The notes under the pieces are model-generated. The model did no database searches and was not told the origin of the DNA. It saw only the letters and a program-made list of their open reading frames with translations. A DNA stretch of 64,000 nt, taken from NCBI GenBank assembly GCA_963795085.1, contig CAWCFX010000003.1, forward strand, positions 128,001 to 192,000. The letters run 5' to 3'. The translations under genes were made by a program, and so were the position numbers. This document shows, piece by piece, positions 59,008 through 64,000 of this stretch; the first letter of the stretch is position 1; each line of letters starts with the position of its first letter. This DNA is from an uncultured Gemmatimonadales bacterium (lineage in GTDB: Bacteria; Gemmatimonadota; Gemmatimonadetes; Gemmatimonadales; GWC2-71-9).

Positions 59008-60729
59008 TTACTCTCCGTAGTTGAGTGTTGGCCGGGGGTCGATCTTGCCCACACCGGCGACCGGCTGCTGGTTCACCACCAGCAACGGGTAGCCACCACC
59101 GTAGTCCCCCAGTTCCACGGCGCAGTTCATCCGGACCGCGGCGACCCCGTTCGTCACCTGGTGAGCCTGGATGCCGGAGGGGGTAATATCCAGCGGAGAC
59201 CCGCACCCGGCGTCGGTATAGTTGAAATAGTGGCGGATCCCGAGCCGCGACATCATGTCATTCGCCACGTTCAGAACATTGGTCCCGGTATTGACGCTGG
59301 TCGTATCGTCCACCACCAGAACAATGCGTCCGCCTTCGCGGGCGAATCGTTTCAGCTCGTTGGACTCCCGGTCCGACAAGTACACCGTCGGGGTCCAGAT
59401 GAAAATGACCTTTACGCCGGCCGCGATGCTTCGATAGCTGGCCACCGTGTCCACCCGCTGCACCGTGAAGCCGTTCGTCACGAGGACGCTGGTGAGCGAG
59501 TTGAGCGCCGAGTCCGCGCACGCCCCGGAACTGAGACAGGGGGCGTCCCGGCCCCGATCGAACAGCACGGTTCGCCGGGCAATGCGGGGGCCGCCGCCCC
59601 CATAGTTCACCAGGTGAGCGGCCAGCGCCTGGTTGCCGGGCTGGCTCGACAGGGCGGCATCGGTCAGGAGATAGAGGTCCCCCAATACGACCACGTCGCC
59701 CCCCGGCGTGGGCGGTGACGCCAGCTGCACCTGGGCACAGGAGGAATCGGTGCCCGTCGTCGCGCAAATGCTGACCCGGGACGGACTGGGAACGGCGGCG
59801 GGGGCAGAGTACGACCCGTACATATCGATGGTCCCGACGGTGGTGTCGCCACCGGGAATGCCGTTGACATTCCAGGTGTAGGATCCGAACGCGGTGCCGT
59901 AAACGCTGAAATACTGATACTGGCCCGGCAGCATCTCGAGGGAATCCGGCGCGAGTCCCAACTGGCCGGGCGCGAAGTACATGAGGGCGGCCCCTTCGCT
60001 GCCGTTGGGCGCCTGTGCGTAGACCACGACCGATCCGGTCGCGTTGGGAGCCCGGAGCCGGCCCTGCCCGTCGACCACGACCGCGGGGTTATCGGTCTGC
60101 CAGTTGATGTACACCCCGGCGACCGGCTGGTTCAGAGAATCGTAGGCCTGGACGTCCATGAATGCCGTGTCGCCAAGACTCACGACTGAATCGGAAGGCG
60201 TGACGTAGAGATAGGCCACGTCGGCGCCCGGCCCCACGTAGGTAATCGGAATCTGCGGCGGCGTGGTGGGCAGGCCGGCACGGACCTGGATGGCCTGCTG
60301 CCCGGTAAACAGCACCGTGCCGGTCAGGGTCTCGTAGGAAAGCTGCACTGTGAGCGTTTCGCTGCTCGAGCCGAGGAGGATGGGCAGCCGGATCGTGAGG
60401 CTCTGGGCGGCCGGGGTGAACGGAATCACGGTATCGACCAGCGCCGCGGCACGCTGGCTGGAGAGCGTCAGGTGGATGCGCTCCACCCCGAGCCCGACCG
60501 CGAAACGGCTGAAATTCGGCGGCAGTTGTGGCGCGAGCTGGAGTCCCCCGGCCAGCGGCGCGCCGGGGCCGGCGGGATCGTCCCGCAGGGAGCAGGTCAG
60601 TCCGGCAAATGCAAGGGACAAAGCCCCGGCGACCCGAATGGGCAAACGACGACAGTTCACGCGTAAGCTCCGTTGCATGATGGACATACGGGGCAGGTCG
60701 GATCCCGGCAACGGCTTCAGAAAAGGCAA
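59008..60729 (-). CDS. Ig-like domain lipoprotein (paralog B; true start probably downstream of 60729)
   Basis: LAFAGLTC signal; collinear similarity to paralog A along its length. Confidence 0.75.
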   Translation of the reverse strand: MPFLKPLPGSDLPRMSIMQRSLRVNCRRLPIRVAGALSLAFAGLTCSLRDDPAGPGAPLAGGLQLAPQLPPNFSRFAVGLGVERIHLTLSSQRAAALVDTVIPFTPAAQSLTIRLPILLGSSSETLTVQLSYETLTGTVLFTGQQAIQVRAGLPTTPPQIPITYVGPGADVAYLYVTPSDSVVSLGDTAFMDVQAYDSLNQPVAGVYINWQTDNPAVVVDGQGRLRAPNATGSVVVYAQAPNGSEGAALMYFAPGQLGLAPDSLEMLPGQYQYFSVYGTAFGSYTWNVNGIPGGDTTVGTIDMYGSYSAPAAVPSPSRVSICATTGTDSSCAQVQLASPPTPGGDVVVLGDLYLLTDAALSSQPGNQALAAHLVNYGGGGPRIARRTVLFDRGRDAPCLSSGACADSALNSLTSVLVTNGFTVQRVDTVASYRSIAAGVKVIFIWTPTVYLSDRESNELKRFAREGGRIVLVVDDTTSVNTGTNVLNVANDMMSRLGIRHYFNYTDAGCGSPLDITPSGIQAHQVTNGVAAVRMNCAVELGDYGGGYPLLVVNQQPVAGVGKIDPRPTLNYGE

Positions 60730-60747
60730 GAACGATGCCCTTTGACC

Positions 60748-61191
60748 CTATACGAGAACCCCGGTGCGCCATCGCCAGATCCTGGCCAGGAGGTCGTCGA
60801 GGAATCCATTGATCACGAAGGCGTCCACCGCCGCCGCGGTGGCGGCCCGGTCCATGCCCCACAGGCTGGCCCGCTTGAGTTCGCCTTCGAACTCCGCCTG
60901 GATGAAGACTCGTTCCTCCTGGCTCCAGACGGTCGGAAGTCCATCGCTGAACTGCTGGGCGACGCCGTTCACCCCGGGCCCGCCCACGGCGATGGTGGGA
61001 TTCAAATGAAATATCCGGTTCTCGAGGTACCAGGCATCGCCCACCACGACAGCGCGGCGGAAAGCGTGCCCCGCCCCCCGGCGGTCAATCTCTTCCTTGA
61101 GCCGGTAGGCCAGCGGGCGGTCCCGCTCCTCCGCCCGGATGTCGGTCCCGGTGACGAGAATGATGGTTTCTTCGGTATCAACCAGTTTCAT
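60748..61191 (-). CDS. Hypothetical protein
   Basis: Protein-like ORF with ATGA overlap to the upstream gene; IAVGGPGVN motif. Confidence 0.8.
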   Translation of the reverse strand: MKLVDTEETIILVTGTDIRAEERDRPLAYRLKEEIDRRGAGHAFRRAVVVGDAWYLENRIFHLNPTIAVGGPGVNGVAQQFSDGLPTVWSQEERVFIQAEFEGELKRASLWGMDRAATAAAVDAFVINGFLDDLLARIWRWRTGVLV

Positions 61192-62066
61192 GGATTCGGT
61201 GTGTCGTCTGGTAAGGGAGGAAGCGGCGTTTCGCGCTGGGCCCGCTCGAATTCACGCTCCCGCTGCTTCCGCTCCCGGATGTCACGAATGACCCGTTTGA
61301 ACTCTTCCATGTTGTCGGCCCGGCGCGCGGCACGCTCGATGTCGGCCCGCAGGTCCATCAGGTGGTTATAGGCCCGGGCCTGGTCGAGGTTCCCCTGCGG
61401 CAGCGGCAAGAGCGCGAGGACCGCCGCGGGAATCTTGAGTCCCCCAATATAAATGAACCGGGAATCGAGACCGAACTTGCTCCCCGCCACGTTGGTCGTC
61501 CAATCGGGCAGCCTGATGCCCCCCGCCCCGGGCTCCGCCGCCAGCGAATCGAGGAAGGCCTGCATGATGACGGTGACTGCGCTGTCCACGTGCTCGAAAT
61601 GGGCCTCCTCCAGCCGGCGGGCGATCACCTCCGGGGAGACCGGCACGGGACGGACCCACAGGACGCCGTTGCCATAGTCGGGTGCGACCCGGGCATATCC
61701 GGCCCGGCGGGCACCGGCGCCGCTGTCCGCGAGCGGGCGCGCCAGCCGAGGTGCCAGCGGCAGGAAGGCGTCGCGCTGGTCCGGCGGCGGTGCCTCCGGC
61801 CCGGACCGGGCCCGGTCTCCGGACCGCCGCGCTGGTTCCGGGACGGGCAGATCCGGGGCGGGGAGATAGGCGAGTGGTCGCGCGGTGGCCGAGTCCGGGC
61901 GCAACGGCAGCAGGGAGACCGTTCGATCGGGATCGGGCGCGAAGGTGGGGGCGCGGGATTCGATGGGCCCCAGGAACAGGAGGATGTGCACGAGGATACT
62001 GACGCCGATTGCTGCTCGGGGCCACCCACGCTTGCGGGAAAATCGGGGGTCAAACCGCGCCGTCAT
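61188..62066 (-). CDS. Hypothetical membrane-anchored protein
   Basis: N-terminal TM (IGVSILVHILLFL), Pro-rich linker, charged C-terminal coiled coil; overlaps both neighbours. Confidence 0.75.
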   Translation of the reverse strand: MTARFDPRFSRKRGWPRAAIGVSILVHILLFLGPIESRAPTFAPDPDRTVSLLPLRPDSATARPLAYLPAPDLPVPEPARRSGDRARSGPEAPPPDQRDAFLPLAPRLARPLADSGAGARRAGYARVAPDYGNGVLWVRPVPVSPEVIARRLEEAHFEHVDSAVTVIMQAFLDSLAAEPGAGGIRLPDWTTNVAGSKFGLDSRFIYIGGLKIPAAVLALLPLPQGNLDQARAYNHLMDLRADIERAARRADNMEEFKRVIRDIRERKQREREFERAQRETPLPPLPDDTPNP

Positions 62067-62668
62067 CGCACCGGGTTGCTCAGGACTCCGACTCCGGGAA
62101 TCTCCACCTCCACCACGTCCCCCGCGACCAGCCGGCCTACGCCGGCCGGCGTCCCGGTCGCCACCAGGTCACCGGGGACCAGCCGCATGATCCGGCTGAT
62201 ATGCGCAAGCAGGAACGGGATCGAGAACTGCATTTGCGGCGCCTGCCCCCGCTGCCGCTCCACGCCGTTCACCCGGCAGATGACTTCCAGCGTCCTCCAG
62301 TCCAGGCCGGACACCACCTCGGGGCCGGCCGGGCAGAAGGTGTCGAACCCCTTGGCCCGGGCCCATTGCCCGTCGGTCTTCTGCAGGTCACGCGCCGTCA
62401 CGTCGTTGACGCACGTGAAGCCGGCGATCGCACGCTCCGCGTCCGCTTCCGAGGCATGGGACAGGTGGCCCCCCACGATGACCCCGATTTCGGCCTCGTA
62501 CTCGACCTGTTGGGACGCCGCTGGCAGGACAATCGCTTCGCCGGGGCCAATGAGGGCACTGGGCGGCTTGAAGAAGAGCATGGGCTGCTTCGGTACCTCG
62601 TTCCCCAGCTCCCTGGCGTGATCGGCATAGTTCCGGCCCACGCAGACGATCTTCGATGGGTTGATCAG
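62063..62668 (-). CDS. Fumarylacetoacetate hydrolase family protein (probable CTG start)
   Basis: PSKIVCVGRNY..H, FFKP, EYEAE, NDVTARD, RAKGFDTF, PGDLVATGTPAGVG. Confidence 0.93.
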   Translation of the reverse strand: MINPSKIVCVGRNYADHARELGNEVPKQPMLFFKPPSALIGPGEAIVLPAASQQVEYEAEIGVIVGGHLSHASEADAERAIAGFTCVNDVTARDLQKTDGQWARAKGFDTFCPAGPEVVSGLDWRTLEVICRVNGVERQRGQAPQMQFSIPFLLAHISRIMRLVPGDLVATGTPAGVGRLVAGDVVEVEIPGVGVLSNPVR

Positions 62669-64000
62669 ACGCTCGCTCCTATCCCATAGCGGGCAAAAAA
62701 GTCTTCACACTTGGTCAATACCTGGGCCCAGTTTCCTACCACTTTCTCCGCCCGGGGCAGGCCCGCGAGAATCAGCGGGCCATAGCGCTTGGTCACGACC
62801 CGTTTGTCGAGCAGGACCACCACGCCCACATCGCTCCGGGAGCGGATCAGCCGGCCGAATCCCTGCTTGAGCTTGAGCGCGGCATGAGGCAGCAGGTAGC
62901 TCATGAAACCGTCCTGCCCCTGCTCCGCCAGCCGCTCCAGCCGGGCCTGGGTGATCGGCTCGCTCGGCACTTTGAAAGGTAGCTTGGTGAGCACCAGGAC
63001 CCGGAGCGCCCGGCCCGGCACGTCCACGCCCTCCCAGAACGAGTCGGTCCCCAGCAGGATGGCGTTGCCGGATTCACGGAACCGCCGAAGCAGTCCGTCC
63101 CGGGAACCCTGCCCCTGCACCAGCAGCGGCCAGCGATGCCCCAGGGTCGCATCCAACTCGGCCGCCACCCGCCGCAGTGCGGAATAGCTGGTAAAGAGCA
63201 CGAACATGCCGCCATCGGATGCATAGGCCAGGTCGGTCACCACCGTGGCGACGGCGGCGGTGTGGCCCGCCTCGTCCTCCCGCGGTTCCGGCAGATCGGT
63301 GGGAATGCCGAACAGGCACTGGGACGGAAAGTCGAAGGGCGAGGGAAGAATCTCGCGCACCGTAACCGGACTGCCCTCGCCGGACAGGCCGATGCGGGAT
63401 TCCAGGAACCCGAAGTCGCCGCCGGCCGCCAGGGTGGCGCTGGTCAGGGTGACGGTGGAAAGTTTGTCGAACAGCAGTTCCTTGAGCAGCGGGGCCAGAT
63501 CCAGCGGCACCGCCGCGAGGCGCACCTGCTGTCCCTTGGAGCCGCTGCGCTCCAGCCAGCGCACCGTGGGCGTGCCGCCGCCGGCCGGACGCAGAGTGGC
63601 ATTGAGAGCATCGGAAACGCTCTCCAGCCTCCGAACCACGGCGCGCAGTTCCAGCATCAGCTGGTCGGGACGCTGCTCCTCCGGCCCGTTGGCCAGCCGG
63701 TCCGCGATGGTCTCCACGTGATCGCGGAGCAGGCGGAAGGCCGCCAGGGTAGCGTCCAGCTCGGCCCCCAGGCCTTCGCGCCACACGTCATCGGCACCGA
63801 AATCGTCGCCCAGCCGCAAGACGTGCCCGGGGACTTTTTCCAGGCGGGCGTGCAGCCGGAGGATCAGGGCCTCCGCCGACCGGCGGGCCTGGCCCAGGGT
63901 CGGCAGCAGGCGTTCACCCAGCAGGTCCAGGCTGGCCCGGCTCATGAGGTCGCTGCGGCGGCTCAGGTCCCAGGAAAGCGCGGGCACCAGTCCCTTGCCG
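62665..64000 (-). CDS. DinG/YoaA family helicase, C-terminal part (runs off the right edge)
   Basis: LTSATL, SPFDF, LFTSY, GTDSFWEGVDVPG, KLPF, KQGFGRLIR, LDKR. Confidence 0.93.
   Translation of the reverse strand, partial: GKGLVPALSWDLSRRSDLMSRASLDLLGERLLPTLGQARRSAEALILRLHARLEKVPGHVLRLGDDFGADDVWREGLGAELDATLAAFRLLRDHVETIADRLANGPEEQRPDQLMLELRAVVRRLESVSDALNATLRPAGGGTPTVRWLERSGSKGQQVRLAAVPLDLAPLLKELLFDKLSTVTLTSATLAAGGDFGFLESRIGLSGEGSPVTVREILPSPFDFPSQCLFGIPTDLPEPREDEAGHTAAVATVVTDLAYASDGGMFVLFTSYSALRRVAAELDATLGHRWPLLVQGQGSRDGLLRRFRESGNAILLGTDSFWEGVDVPGRALRVLVLTKLPFKVPSEPITQARLERLAEQGQDGFMSYLLPHAALKLKQGFGRLIRSRSDVGVVVLLDKRVVTKRYGPLILAGLPRAEKVVGNWAQVLTKCEDFFARYGIGASV

Overview
GC-rich bacterial chromosomal window, probably Gemmatimonadota. 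That call is an inference from VTPEP-type PEP-CTERM proteins, a Ser/Thr kinase with Ig-like and RCC1 repeats, and several Ig-like lipoproteins. About 57 CDS and 3 tRNAs (Met-CAT, Ser-TGA, Ser-GCT). Most of the window is housekeeping: tilS, ftsB, eno, thiL, nnr, glyA, rpiB, Leu-type dehydrogenase, hbd, thiolase, bioY, thrS, valS, selA, gmhB, purN, purH, gltX and a DinG-family helicase. Interspersed are two hybrid histidine kinases, a TetR-TolC-MFP-RND efflux operon, a DUF2723/TMEM260-like glycosyltransferase and surface proteins. The most notable items are: (1) an atypical arsenic cluster next to tRNA-Met (arsR-arsM-arsN2-metallophosphoesterase-MIP channel, no arsC/acr3/arsB) with two ArsR boxes inside promoter spacers; (2) a 66-aa protein gene bracketed by two apparently structured non-coding regions; (3) a kinase with Ig-like repeats on both sides of its membrane helix; (4) sigma54-type motifs upstream of a PEP-CTERM gene and its neighbour; (5) a probable CTG start codon. 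No CRISPR array, transposase, integrase or rRNA was seen. All calls come from reading motifs by eye; no database search or folding program was run.
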